Origin: Botryllus schlosseri | Lineage: Eukaryota | Length of the DNA stretch: 64,000 nt | Direction of reading: 5' to 3' | Assembly: GCA_051294905.1 (NCBI GenBank) | Contig: CM119374.1 | Location: forward strand, 20,894,001-20,958,000 | Shown here: piece after piece, positions 1-15,100 of the stretch | How positions within the stretch are numbered: position 1 is the first letter of the stretch | Layout: each line of letters starts with the position of its first letter | Notes under the pieces: generated by a model | Seen by the model: the letters and a program-made list of their open reading frames with translations, nothing else | Databases searched by the model: none | What the model was told of the DNA's origin: nothing | Made by a program: the position numbers and the translations under genes

Positions 1-16
1 TGATAAAGACTCAAAC

Positions 17-139
17 CTGTGCAAGACTCTCCGTTTCCAGTATATCCAGTGTTGCAGTTGCATTCATAACTTCCAATAGTATTCACGCAGGCAGCGTTGG
101 AATCACAATTATTATTATTTCCTTGGCATTCGTCAACAT
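17..139 (-). CDS. cbEGF exon 21 (DVDECQGNNNNCDSNAACVNTIGSYECNCNTGYTGNGESCT)
   Basis: 123 nt, AG/GT, phase 1-1; the gene continues left of the window. Confidence 0.9.
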
Positions 140-3100
140 CTTAAGTAATTTAGATTACAGATGAGTTGTATCGTATTCATGATAGCTAAAATTCATCAGT
201 TGTTATATCATACCGATATATCATTATCGTGAAGCACCATATTTCCAATAAATTTGATAAATATGATTGGTCAGACTAGCTCCTTTACCATGTTAATAAG
301 ACTGGGAAATCTAGCAAGGCTGGATTCGTTTCTGATGCTTTATCTGCCTGTGTATATATGTAGGCATAATCACCAGCCATCTCCTGGGTTATTGATTTGT
401 TTGCAGATTGGACGCAATTTTTAAATTGACAAAGTTAATTGACTAAATCTTAAAGGACTTTTGCACGATTTGAACAAAACAGGGGCACACCAGGAAACAT
501 GTCTGCTTATAAATATTTTGGTAATTTTAAAGTTATGATGACCCATTATCTTATCCAGCTTAACCTTGCCCCAAACGTACCATACCATGCTAAATTAGAA
601 ACCCAGTTCGCGGGCCGCACACCACTCAAAATTAGCATTTATTCACGGTCAGCACAAATGCTTTGTTATCGATTGTTGATGTACAATGTTCTTTCCAATT
701 TTCTACTAGTTACTGACGATTGCCCCTGACGAGTGTCAGTCGAAAATATCCGGGTTCATTTCAATATGAATATAATGTTCAATTGTATATTGAAGTTCTC
801 TACCTCCAAGACGCTCTAAAAACGCTTCATGTCAAGACTGGCAATAAAATATGGACATATTGATCACATCTAGCTGCATTTTCACATCCAGTGTGGGTGA
901 TTGGAAAATATTCATTTGATGTATTCTATTTTTCTATTTACCATAGCAGATGTTTCTTTATAAAAACTGAAGGCATGAATTTTATTTGTATTTCCAACAT
1001 AGACGTAAAACGGAAGTGGAATAGTGATCATTCCGTAAATAGGCCTCTTGCTAACAACGGAAACATTCCTCTCACCGGTTAGGCAGTTGCTAATGGTAAC
1101 AACTGAGCTTTCGCACTGTGAATTAACAGCTTTGATCTCGACCGAGTACGACGAGCCAGATACCAAATCGCAGATCTGTGTCTCGGTGACATTTCTGTCC
1201 ACGACCCTCTCGCCGACAACGCTGATCTTGAAATTGTCCTGAGCCGACGTGAAATTGACTCCGATGCAAGTCGCGCTTGCCGGGCCACATACCGCGCTGG
1301 TGACAGGTGGCGGACCTGGAACGAAAAACAGGATTGACTGTGTAATCGGAAAATCAATCATGACCGGAGCTGGTACGCAAGCAGAAGTAGAAGTATCCTT
1401 GTAGATTTCTACACAAGTACAAGTAGAAGAAGAGATATCCAAGTAGGTAAAAAAAGAAAGCACTCTAGGCCTAGTTCTGCCTATCGGCCGGAAACGGTCT
1501 GGTAGAAGTAGGAGTAACCACTTCAGTAACTAAACGTAGAAGTAGGCCACTTTGTTTCTGACCATCTCTGATTTCGACCATTTGTACTTGCTACCGTCTT
1601 GAGGTTTTGTCCCCTTTTTTACGAGAGGGCTAAAAAGGGGAGATAGGTGTTTCATAAAAATTTGACAGAGAAGGTAATTGAGAGAATTTATTGTGTTGGT
1701 CATCTTTCTAGATTCTCATTTTACTGTTACTGGGTTTGTTGTAGGACTAATTACGAATTTTGTCAATTTGAATCAGTACAGCGGATTCGACATTCGGACA
1801 CATTTTTTAAACTTTTGGATTGTCATTTCAGAATATAATTCAACCTTCAAGTCTACATTTAAGATTTTATTTTGGATAAGCATTAGACCTATAACCATAA
1901 ATCTGTTATTACCGCTAGTTCAATTAAATATTATAAAAAACGTGAAAAAAGGATTTTATGGATGCCGTCCCAAAGCCCTGGTGATTGATTTGATAATTGA
2001 GACTTACACGTTAGTTGCGGCAGTGTAAACAGGTTCTTCCCACCAGCTGATACTCGAACCAGGTATTCAGATCCAGGGACAAGTGATTCGATCACGGTAG
2101 ATGTAGTGGTCTGTTAATGAAAGGCCACAATAATGTACACATGAAATTTTTGATGAAAATCTAGTATTAAAATTTGGTTTTTGTTACACACAGAGAATTG
2201 TGTGCGAATAACGCACAAAATTGGCTGTATGTTGAATCATATGGGAATACTAATGGTAGTTTGATATTACCTAAGATCGAGAAGATGAAGATGAATTCGG
2301 TTCATTAAATTACTCATACCCTGGTATTTACTTCCACTTTTGGAATATTTCGAGTACAAATAATTTTAAAATTAGAAGTTTGGAGGATTATGTTAGATCA
2401 TGAATTCATGCTTAAAGTATTTCATTAATTCACAATAAAATCACAAGAAAAATCATTTCATTTTCTGTTATTCTATGTAAATGTTACTAGACAGAATCGA
2501 GTTAGGATTTTTCTGAAATTTAATTTGTCACGATAATATTTGGATTTATTGACTTATAAAACATTTCCTGTTCTAGAGTTTCGAATTCAGATCTGAATCC
2601 AAAATTAATTTGATATCATGTCCCTAGACATGTCCAATATCCACTCCGATTAACTGTTCCAATTAAACGTTTTGAGATTTGAAATTCAAAATCGTCTTCA
2701 CCCAAGGTTTCAATATAGCGCCTTACCTGTTCTCCCAAAGATGTGCCATCCAACGTTACATCATATGCAGCAGCACTCTTGTAAGCATTCCAGGATAACG
2801 CGAAAGTGGTTGTAGTCACGGAACCAACGCTCCAAATTTCTGAAACAGACTTATCTTCAGACTGCGTTGCGATAATAACATTAGAATCAATATACTTGAA
2901 TCGATGGCCGAGGAATACAGAGACATCTTGGTGGTTTTGTAAGCGACAGTCACATTGTAGCGGTTCGTTATAGGATTCGGCGCGGGTATGAATGTATCTG
3001 CATTCGATGTGGGGATTTCTTGTGTTCCAGCTTCGGAGGTGTATTTAACAATGTATGTAGTTGCGATTTCCGGAGTAATAACAACGGCGTCAAATTCCAC

Positions 3101-6100
3101 ATTGAATCCAGACGTAGTCACGTTGTATATTGACACGCCGCTGACCGTGGCTGGACCTGTGAAAATAAAACAACTTCATAAGTTTCAAATTCAATTTCAC
3201 AGTGTCCAACTCGTCATGTGTCTCATATACGTATTTACGGCAAGCAGATGAAAGAAAAGGGGATCTAATACCGATCCAAAAATAAAAACCAAAAATCTGG
3301 ACGCAGTTTTGATGATTGACAATAAAGCATTGAATGTTTTGAACAGGAAATTCTGCCATCAATAGCTTTATTTGAGATGATTTCAATTAATATTTCATCC
3401 TAAGTTTGTGATCACTATTGACGAGTCCTAATCACAGCATCACTTTTACCGAAAATATGGATGCAAGTCAAAGGATAAAGATATATCCTACAAATAAGGA
3501 CAATGTAGGTTTACAAGACGTCGTTCAAAATAAGGACAAATCTTATAAAAATCAACCCTTTCTATGGCATTGCAAATTGTGTGTCTTGAGCGGATGAAAA
3601 TAATATAACTGCTGATTTATTAGAACTTGAGCGTATACCGTTGCACAATAATTAAAAACAAATATCTCTTTTGCTGCCTGAGTGGATATCGAGAGTTGAT
3701 AAACAGATTCGAGCATTTCTAAAATGTTACCTGTAGTCGCATTTGTCCGAGAATCCGTGCTGTTCCGTCCTCCAACATTTGCCGAAACGATGAAATCGTA
3801 AGAAGTCTCCGGAGTCAGTTTATCGAGTCTTTGCGATATGGTGCCGTTGACTTGGTTAATTGACGACACAGTCATCAGGTCGGCGTAACCGTCACCAGAT
3901 ATTTGAATGTAGTATTCGTTTGCGGTTGGAACAGCGTCGAATTTCACTGTGAGACAGCTCCCGTTCAAGACAGATACCTTCAAATTTTTCGGCCCCTCTG
4001 CCACTGTTAAACAGAAGGTATTGCAGTTAGACTTCTAGAACTGTCCTTTGTTTGATTCGATCTTTGTCATATATCGACAAAAACATAAAAAGGTATGATA
4101 GAAATTTTGAACAACACGAAACTGTAGCAATAAACGGTCTATTTCATCATGAAGAAATGCATGGAAGATGTGTGGGTTCACCGCAACGCAAAAAGACGTA
4201 GATCTGATTTCCATTGCGACATTTGAACAGAGGAGATCAATGCAGCCACTGATTCTGCTGATGTCAAATTGATAGAGCAGAAATTGCTGACTGATGATTG
4301 ATTTTTAGACTGTTTATGGATTTTGATATGTTTGCAGAGAAGAAGCTCACGTAGTTACATAGTTATATGGCGTAAGGGTGTCTGAGACTATCTACCGCCA
4401 GGAAGCAATGATTCAAATATTTGATCGTTCTTTGTGAGACCTACACGAGTGCTGTAATGCTGAAAAATAGATGGTATATCTTTAGATAAGTACCAAACCT
4501 TGATGGTATTCATAAGTTACTTGTTTTGAAATTAGGTAGCAAAGACCCAATTCAATTCAATTCAATTTATTGCTCAAAATTTCACCATTTCAATACACCA
4601 AAAGACTGTGTTACAATGAAAGATAGGATGGTGTCGAAACGACTTCGAGTAGTTTTCGAAATCAGACACCCACCTGGCCTAGGCGATGTAAAAAAGGAGG
4701 CATGCACATTGCACACTGAATGACAAGTTAAAGAAGATAATATAAAAGGACTGGTGAAAAAAAATATGACATGTGTAAGAAGGCGAGATCGATATGTCAG
4801 GTTGTGCTCCGGTAAACTAGAGGGCTAACTAGTATTTATTCAGTGGGAAATGTTTGTATTTCGACTTGAATGTGGACAATGGACAAGCTCGATGACTGTC
4901 GGAGAGCCGGCGAGATGCTGTTCGACAAATCCCGTCCGGCATATTTGATAGAGCAATGATCTTTTTTGTCTACCATATGGTAGTTGGACAATGTGGACGT
5001 GCGTCGTACTTATGCACTTTTGATACCGAGGTTAAGAAGTTATTGAAGTTATCAAGTGCATCAAATTGCGGAAAGTTGAGGTATGTTTGTAATTTTGATC
5101 ATTTTATAATAGTATGTGACTCTGATGGCATAAAAAAGCATTTTTCCATACCTGTAGTGAATGTGACCTCTTCAGACACGTTGGAAAATCGGTATGTTCC
5201 ATTTTCCTTGATGACCGCCCGTACATAAGTAACGATAGCTGTGTTTGATGGCAAATCTTTCACCACAATCATTGTTTGATTGGCGGTCAAACTCAAAGAC
5301 GCGTTCAGATAATCCACTGAAGCAAATACATTTATTATGCAGATGCATCCAATTATAAATTCCACAAAGTAGTAAAATCATTGAGTACCTTTGACTTCAT
5401 AAGATACGGCATCAGTGTCCGAGTCCCAGTTTAGGGTAAAGCTGGACGTTGTAACGTCTGAGACGGTCAGATTTTCTGGTGGGGCATCAACTTCTTGCGG
5501 CACTATTATAGAATAACATCGACGTGTGTGAACATGAAAACGTCACAACATCATAGCACGTTTTCCAAATACTATATGTATATTGGATATATATATATAT
5601 ATAATTATAAGACGGTATGACAATTGCAAGATGACTTACAATTGCAACGAAGGCTAACCATTCAACGGGGTCATACACAGGAACCAAATTCTCCCAAGCT
5701 GGGCATGATGAGACAATGTAAAATCAGCAAGAAGCAACAATGTGTTTGTGTAGTTGGTTCATGTTAAAACATGTTATTACCGATACCGACCGTTTTTCCA
5801 TCAGATTTGTGTAATGATATTTCAATGATTTAATTCTCATTTTTCAAATAATCAACTAGCAATAATTGTGTTAATGCAAGATCTTTTCCCCTCTCCGAAT
5901 TTAAATTTGGCATACAGATACCATAAAAGATTGCTAATTATAGCATCATACTTGAAAATTGCAGCGAGGAATAACTTCATACTTTTAATTCACTCACTAA
6001 AATATTTTCAATTGACTCAAATCAGTAGCAACAGCGTAGCGTACAGCAACAGATTTCATTCAGAAATTCACTTACCAACGGTCAGCGTGTAATTCGGATT

Positions 6101-9100
6101 TGAAATCGGACTCGAATCTAAAGTTTCGTTCACCTGCGGATCTGTTTCTATCTCAGAAACTGCAATGGTGCTGCCAGGACTGCAAATAAAACATTATTTG
6201 TCATTTAATTATACGCTACTCGACGCAATTCTCATTTACAGCAGCATCACAATGCGAATTCTGATGATGAAAAGTTTCTCTCCTGTGATGACAAGGATGA
6301 GCTGGTCGGTGAAAGCTATCGACAGTGGACTGCTGAGGTCGTTGAATGCTGGCTCAAAAGGTCTCTGCGCAGCCAAGTTACACGGTGTCTTCACAGGCTC
6401 TGTGAAAACATTAATGCACGATGAAAGGAAGAGAAAATCTAATTGTTCCAGTGAATTTAGATTAGTGAATTAGTAAATAATAATTACATGTACTTGAGAA
6501 GAGAATGGTGGCCAGTATAACTGACCTCATGTCAACTCGACTGTGATGCGCGAAAGTAAAAGTAATGTAAATGATAATATTGCTTTGTATACTTTACTTA
6601 TTAACCAACAACATATAACTATATCTTATATCTCAAACCTGACACATGTTCAAATAATATCACCAAGTGAATACAGTTGAGGAATATGTCAGTAAAGTAT
6701 AGAGCCGAAAAAAATTGATTTCATCGAAATAACCATTTTACTGTCCGGAATAGTATTTTAATGTTGAAAACAGCATGACAACCACCATATGTCAGTGGTT
6801 AGAGCACTGGCAATCTACAGACCCAGTATCAAATCGCATAATCGGCAACGAACAAAAATATATTCCATGTCTGGTCCCTAGTCAGGGAAGATGAATAGGG
6901 TTTTGGAAAGAAGGGCATACTGTATAGAACTTTAGTCATACTATAATATGGATCACTGCTGCTCTGTGGCAACCCCTACATCAAAATTGACGAATCAAAA
7001 AGAAGACGTTGGGAACAGTATAAATCTTTTGAATTCAGTATAAATGTTAGTTATAGTTGTGGTATGAATGATTCTGTAATACATAACAGTTTTCACGCCA
7101 GTGCAGTTCATTTTTAATGAAAAAGTATCTGTCTTTGGTACCCTAAACACTGATTATTTCTAAATATTCATGTGTGCAGTAAAAATTCATACAAAAATAC
7201 CTGTCTGGAAGGAAATCTCGACACTCCATTCTGAAACGACAGTGTAACCATTCCTCAGTCGCACGATTCTGGCTCTGGCATTGTATGTTGTGTTGGGAGT
7301 CAGGTCACGTACATTTACAACCAGATTGATATCAGCCTCGGTGTACGGAATATTTTGTAAGACCGATCCACTGGTGTCCAACAATTCAATCTATATTGGA
7401 AACAAAAAGCAGGGCTTGCAAATATTAAATCTGCTCATCTCTTCCACAAAGGCATAGAACATAACTTGACAAACAGCAAGTAGGTCTATGAATTCACTCA
7501 CGCCATACCTCATACTCTTGGTGTCTCAAATCTGACATTATTTCCAATCGCGCCGACCTCTCTCTTCTTGCAATGTCCTGCAACTCGGGAGTTTCTATGA
7601 CTGAAAGTAATATTCCAAACAGATGATCAAGCCAAAATCCTAACACATAGAACAGCATATTCATACATAAACAATTCTTTCCGTCTCCTTCATAGCCTTC
7701 ACCGCATGAGCATGTGAATGCTCCAGGCTCATTGGTGCAGACGCCGGCCGGTGGTAAGCTGCAATCATTTGTTTCTTCTGACGCGCATTCATCAATGTCT
7801 GAATATATGTCGCAGTTTGATTTTTATCTAAATTGGGCAGCAAAACAAAGCCTAGTCCACATAATTTGGTTGTATGCGGTCATTATCCGATATTTTCTGG
7901 CTGGTCGAAGTATTTTTAGATATAATCATTGATGCAATTAGCTTTTATCATGTGAATTATGGATTGCTGACCGAACAAATATTACTGTACTTCTTAGTAA
8001 TTCAATGACGTCAACATGCGTTTTTTCCAATCGTAATTGCGAACTTCATAAAAAGTATACTTCTATTGAAGATAACAACAGATTTCGTAAAATGTCATGA
8101 TAGAATTAGATGTAAAAAAATGAAGCAACAGATCTTCGGTAACACGCTGTCACCGCAATACCGGCATTTGAAAACGAGTTCGAGATATAAATATTATTGT
8201 AAGTTGTGCACGATAGGTCCATTTGAGTTGATAGAATAGCTCCGACTATTTTCGGAAAATCATCAATGTTGCAGAGTAACTTACCTTCGCATGTAAAGCC
8301 GTCTCCGCTGAAACCGGTTTTACAAGCGCATGAAAACGATCCGACATTGTTAGTGCAGTCTGCATTTGCATGGCATGAGTGCAGGCCCAGAGCGCATTCG
8401 TCAATATCTGAGTTTAAGAAATTGTGAAAATGCATTGAGCAATTTTACAGGAGGTTCTCAAGCATGGTCCCTGGTCAAACACAAACAAACGGAAGGTTGT
8501 TGCTAGTCTTTTCAAATAATTTGCAGTTTTATATAGGTAATTTAAAATGGGAATTTGGTGTCTGGGAATACCATGTGCCAAGGAATGGACCGTTCTTAAT
8601 TCAGAATGGTTGTACTAGATCAGGGGTTCTCAACCTTTTTCACACCGTGGCCCCCTTTGAAAAATCAATGTGGCCCTCCTATATTTAAACCTCTTGAAAA
8701 AATTAAGAAAAAGCATTATAATTAATGAGCTGGTTCATACGGTAACCAGTACTTGGAATGATAAAATGATATGAGCTTGTTTTTGATTAGACTATGTTTT
8801 GTGGTAGAATTCACGAGCCGCATGACATATTGAATATCCAAGACACTATGATGACTTATCTTCAAAAGTAACTGCATGCAATGTCATGACAATTGCATGA
8901 AGTTTAGGGAGCGTGCTGCTTACTTTCGCCCAAAATAAGTCAAACTATCTTTCTTAAAGCTCAACCTATTTAGTTGCCGTCTGTTCTTACAGCTTAAATT
9001 TCAATTTATATCTTTTGTATAGTGACGTAAAAAGAAGTAGACAAAGAGATGATAAAAGTATTATACAGAAATTTTGATGGCCATCCTGAAAAAGGCTCAT

Positions 9101-12100
9101 GTCCCACAGAATGGGAACCTCTGCACTAGATAACGTGAAATGTGTACATCGTACGTGAATATTACAATCCACCAAATAGTAGGAACAGATATAATGATTA
9201 CACCAGCAGCATAAGGATCTATAGGAAAGAGGCATATACACCCACTCATGATAGACATACACACGTTCTGTACATATGCATACCATGAGTGTGTAGTGTC
9301 ACACTGAGAGCATACTTACCAAAGCATTTGAACCCATTTCCGGTAAAACCTTCCTTGCAAAGACAGGTGAAAGATCCTTTTGTGTTGCTGCATGTCGAAT
9401 TTTGCTCGCAGTCATCGATCTCCAATTGGCATTCGTCAAAATCTGTGATTCAGTTCAAAAATGCCGCCGTAACACGATATCAACGGCTATCAGTAGAAGT
9501 TGATCAGTAAGTAATAGCCAGAGCTCGTCGGCTGGTGACTGGATCTTTGGATACACTTTAAACGACACATATTGGGTACAAGTCAACTGAAGATTTAAAA
9601 AATCATGAGATGAGATGGTGTACTGAAATAGAAAGACATGTGACCTGTGCAGGACTGTCCGTCTCCGGTATATCCTGATTGGCAGGCGCATGAAAATGAG
9701 CCAACAGTATTAGTACAGTTCGCATCATCATTGCAATTGTCAGACGCCGCCGCACATTCATCAAGGTCTAAATAAAGAATAGAATTCTAAATCATTGAAG
9801 GCAATTATACATTCTTCCTCAACAAGAGAGGTGAGAGATACTTAAAAAAGAAAGGAGTCCGCAGTTACAAGTATACCCAATAAAGAAACGTTTTTTCCGG
9901 TTTGTGTATCGCTCTCATTATAATGTAAAGAAATGTTAGCGTTAATTTCCCCAGTGACTTGAGACTAATGGTAAAAAATGGGGTATCTTCATATTGCGGG
10001 TCTTGGAGTGCTCCGTTTGGGCTTGTGAAACATTATACATTGCTCCATCATTGAATTAAATACTCCCATATGTGTGTAGTAAGATGTTTTTCTAAACTAT
10101 GTTTCACTTTGTTGAGTTGCCATGGACATATACATCATAAAGCTGTAAATAAAAACAACTGATTAATAATCATACGAATAAAATTATTTTGGAGTTGGCA
10201 TTATAAACTTATTTATAGCAATATGATTTATAGGTTTTTAAGGTTCCAGTTAATCCTATGATTTTAGAAGCCAGATATCGGTGAGGATAATGATAAATAT
10301 CCCATCAATCTCTTTTATGTATAGAAATTGCATAAAGGTGGATGATTTCTAAGTGTCTTCTATTACAGAAAAACTCACTTACACATCAAACTAAAGGAAA
10401 AGCGTGTTCGTTGTAATAATTGCTATAAATTGACCGAAATTATGTATGTCATATACGCGAGTACCGATGCAGAAAGTATGACAGAGTGATTACCTTCACA
10501 ATACGACCCATTTCCAGTATAGCCCGTCTTGCAAGAGCAAACAAATGATCCTTCGTTGTTAGTGCAGTTTGCCTCACTGTGACAGTCTGCCATGTTAGTC
10601 GCACACTCGTCAATATCTGAACAAAGAAATGAAGTTCAACATAAATTGACACAAACTTGATCTGGATAAAACCTTCAAAATCTTTAACACAGTTTAGTAG
10701 GTAATTAACAATATTCCTCCTGTCCTATACATATGTAATGTACATATTGCAGTGTTGGGATATATCTGTCAAATTTATATTTTGCAAAAGATTCATGGTG
10801 TTCAGCAGCGGAATTAGGTACCCGTATTGCAATCAAGTTGGACAAAATAAAAAAGATGAAACCAAGCCGTCTCCCTTTCCTATTCATTGGGATGTATAAT
10901 ATTGATGGTATGTGTTAACTAAAGACATCTACTGGTGAAGATGAGTTTGGTATTTTACATACGTATTGCCGTCATAGTGGACCAAGTCAAAGCTATTGAG
11001 GTAATCTTGTCAGAAGGATCGGTTACCTTCACATAGAACTGTGTCAGTTGGTATGGCTAGTCTTCACTCCGCTAACACAACAGCAGCTAAATCTTGAGAT
11101 GTACTCCATTTCATTGTACTTGATAAAAGGCACTCAAGTACAAATTTTATAATTTGACAATATTTTGACATCATCAGAAATTTGACATGTGTGTTATGTG
11201 AAACCAAGGATGTGATCCATCTTCAATACACTCAAGGAATTGCTATATTCAAAAACAGTACCTGAACAGCTGATTCCATTGCCAGAGAATCCCATTTTAC
11301 AAGAGCAGATGAATGAGCCATTACTGTTAGTGCAATTTGCATTGCTGTCACAATCATCCGTCTGGTCAGCACATTCATCAATATCTGTTGAAGTACAATT
11401 CCAATATGAAAATCATATTGTGCTCATTATGGTACATGGCCATAGTGCGATTACTTCATTATTATAAACAACTGGTTTTCCCAGTATGAACGTAAGCAAA
11501 CAATTTAATAGGTTTTCTACTGATAATTTTCATAAGTTGTAGCAAACAAAACTATAATCTTATTACCAGGTTCACCCACTCTAATCAACAGCCAATGTCA
11601 GTAAATGTGGATATAGACTTTGAAAATTAAAGTGGCGGCGTGCGATAATTTGTATCTAATTGGAATCAACTCAAGGTAAGAGCATCGACTTAAGTTAAGG
11701 TTATCTATTGATGCATTTACTATAGCAGGAGTATACCAGTTGAGAATGGGAATCGCCCATTGCTAATACAGCAATTGGCATTGACACCGCAATTGTGCAT
11801 CTCAGCATCGCAGTTGTTACTTAACACATTGAAGAAAAACATTTGCACAATATCATCTTTAATCACATCAAATGAGCATCAATTCATCATTTAGAAATAA
11901 AAATATCTTTCCCAACAATTGATCGATCATTGCAATCACAAAATCCAAGAGTGATGTTTACAGTAATAGATTTATCCTTCTAGCCGAGTAGTTTCAGAGA
12001 TCATATAATCCATTATAGCCAAGATTAAACTGTGTCTGTGGACATTCCTCAACTTATAATTATCACAAATTGAGAATACACAGCCTTGACATTTTTCCGA

Positions 12101-15100
12101 ATACATCGTGCTCATTTGTAAGAAATGTCCCAAAATAATAAGTAATGTAAAAAGTCAGGACCTTCACATGTCACTCCATCCCCAGTGTATCCGGCCATAC
12201 AAGTGCATGAAAACGAGCCATTTGTGTTTCTGCAATCTGCCTTGCTATCGCAGTTGTGAAGATCCGTCGTACATTCATTGATGTCTGAAACAGCGAAAAT
12301 AGATTATATCTTGGCACAAATGAAGAGGAGAAATTTTTTCTCGAGTCAAGATATTTCAAAGCAATCTCTTAATTTCCTACAACAAATCAGGAATGGGCGG
12401 GTAGTCTATGCAACAGGGTTGTCACAACGTTCCGAATCACAAGTCCATTGAAATTTTATAATTTTGACTCAAGTCATTTTACGCATTTCAAAACTGACTC
12501 TAGTCAAGTCGAGTCACCAAAAAATCGCAACTCGATTCCGTATGCACAAAATAATACTGGTTTCTATTTTTCTTGTTATAGGGACAGACAGACAGTTTTA
12601 TCATTTTTCACCATAACCATTAACAAATATGAGCCTAATCAGCCAAAATAACATGACTTTATAGTTATTGGCATATAGGCTGGACTACAACCAGGCTACC
12701 ATCCCCCTATCAAACAAAGAGAAGCCCCCTGGGTCATGGCTGTGCTTCAATATCAGATTTGGCTCTCATACACAACAAACAGGCATAGTCAAACCTGAAC
12801 ATGTGAGACCATTCCCTGTAAATCCGACACTACAGGCGCACGAAAAGGACCCAACGCTGTTACTACAGTCAGCATGTTCATTGCAGTCATGTGACTCGTC
12901 AACACATTCATCGACATCTGAAACAGAATTATGCAATAACGATAGAAAATGTACGATACTAAAACTCTATAAGATTAAGTCTTTCAAGTTTATTCGTAAA
13001 ATTCCATCGTTTCAAAACATCACAAGACTGTGATACAATGAAAGATAAGAAGCTGCCGAAACGACTTGGAGTAGTCTTTGAGATCAGACACCTACCTGGC
13101 TTAAGACCAAGACTATATGACAAAGGAAAGTCGACGAATGTCAATCATGACCTCACACACTTTAAAAATGCAGATATTTCGAGGATTACCTAAACTTTCA
13201 GCCATCTCTAGAATAGGGGTGTGTGAAAAAACGTCACGTACCAGCTGAAGTAATTAAAGTGAAACAATCAAAAGTCATGAGTTAACACAAATTTTATGCT
13301 GCATTATTTCGCATTCCCAGAATTATACTTTTAATATATTTCAGCTCGAGGTTCGAAACGGTAGTATTCGCGCATTACAATGCGCTTTTCATCCTGGTAG
13401 TACCTGCAAAACCCATTGGTATTGACATAAATTTGAATTTTGTTGCACAGTAGTAATAAGGGTATTATCAAATAAGGGGTCCGGCGAGTGGCATTTGCAC
13501 CTGCGCCAGCATTGAAGATTTCAAGGTGACTATGCCTTGCTAGACTTGAAACGTCAATGTACCTGAGCATGTAATCCCATTTCCAGTGAAGCCAGTATCG
13601 CAAGAGCATGTGTAGGACCCATCATTGTTGGTGCAAGAGGCATTAACATTACAATTGTGGGTCTCACCAGTGCATTCATCAATATCTGCGGAAGTAAATT
13701 CGAACCATATATATTGCGAAAATTTAAATATATTTCATGCATCATAAACTTGAAGATATCATAGAATGTAACAACTGAAAACTAGGCATGTGGAGGCGGC
13801 TAAGCTCTTGTGGCTTCTGTGCCTCTGAGTTAGAAAGCTTGTGAAAGGCTTATAAAAAAGTAAAATAACCATTGACAGAAATGTTGCTTTTTTAACATAA
13901 AACCTGTATTACCAACGATACGGGCCACTTATACGGGCATGCACCGAACAATTAATAGATGAATTTGATTTCTAATATCAACATCAATGTACCTGAACAA
14001 GTAGTTCCGTTCCCGGTATAGCCTGTTTTACAAGAACATGAGAATGCTCCTTCGTTGTTGCTACATTCTGCATTGATGTCACAATTGTGCGTCCCAGCAG
14101 TGCATTCATCGATGTCTAAATGATACAAATAAACTTGAAAGCATTTACGTCCTTTACTTTGGATGACTGAATTTGAATGATTTCAAATTGTTATTGAGAG
14201 TGTACATCAAAATTACAAAAATATCCACAGAATAATTATACCTGGACATTAAAGAAAAACGTTTGTCTCCAGGTTGCCATGACACTTTCTTTCAAGGTTT
14301 AAATAGCCTACAAAATAGAATATAATATATGGACTAATGTGAATGACTATGAGAATCCAAGTTTTATTTACTGAGTCACTGTAAAAATGATATGATGTCT
14401 AAGATTGGAGGTCACACAAAAGTATCGAATGAAATCGATTCAAACAAAATCGTCAGAAAAAGCAGGAAAATTAACATAATATGTAACGAAACCTGTGCAA
14501 TTCATCCCATTCCCAGTAAATCCAGACTGGCAGGAGCATGTGTAAGACCCTTCGGTATTATTACAGCTCGCATTCGCATCACAGTCATGTATCTCCGTAG
14601 TGCATTCATTGATATCTGCACAAGTAAATTGTTAGAATATCTATTTTGATGTATTAGATTAGGCTTCACCATTCGTTTATAGACCTATAGACGTCAGTTA
14701 CAATTTGAAATGCCAGCAATAATGTACCTGAGCATGTAGTTCCATTGCCGGTATAACCTGTTTTACATGAACAATTGAATGCACCATCATTATTGCTGCA
14801 TTCAGCATTGTCATCACAATCATGAAATCCATCAGTACAGTCATCAATATCTGAAAATAGGTTCACAAATGCAACAACTGAGCATATGTTGTACTGATAT
14901 CTCCATGAAGAAAACCTGTGCAGTTGACACCATTGCCAGTATAGCCAGCCTTGCACGAGCATGAAAAGGATCCATCATTGTTGTTGCAATCGGCATTCAT
15001 GTGACAATTCTCCACACCGGAAGAGCACTCATTGATGTCTTGGTAAAAATACATTACTGATCAATTTTTCTAATTGCTTTCTAATGAGGAATAGTGAGCA

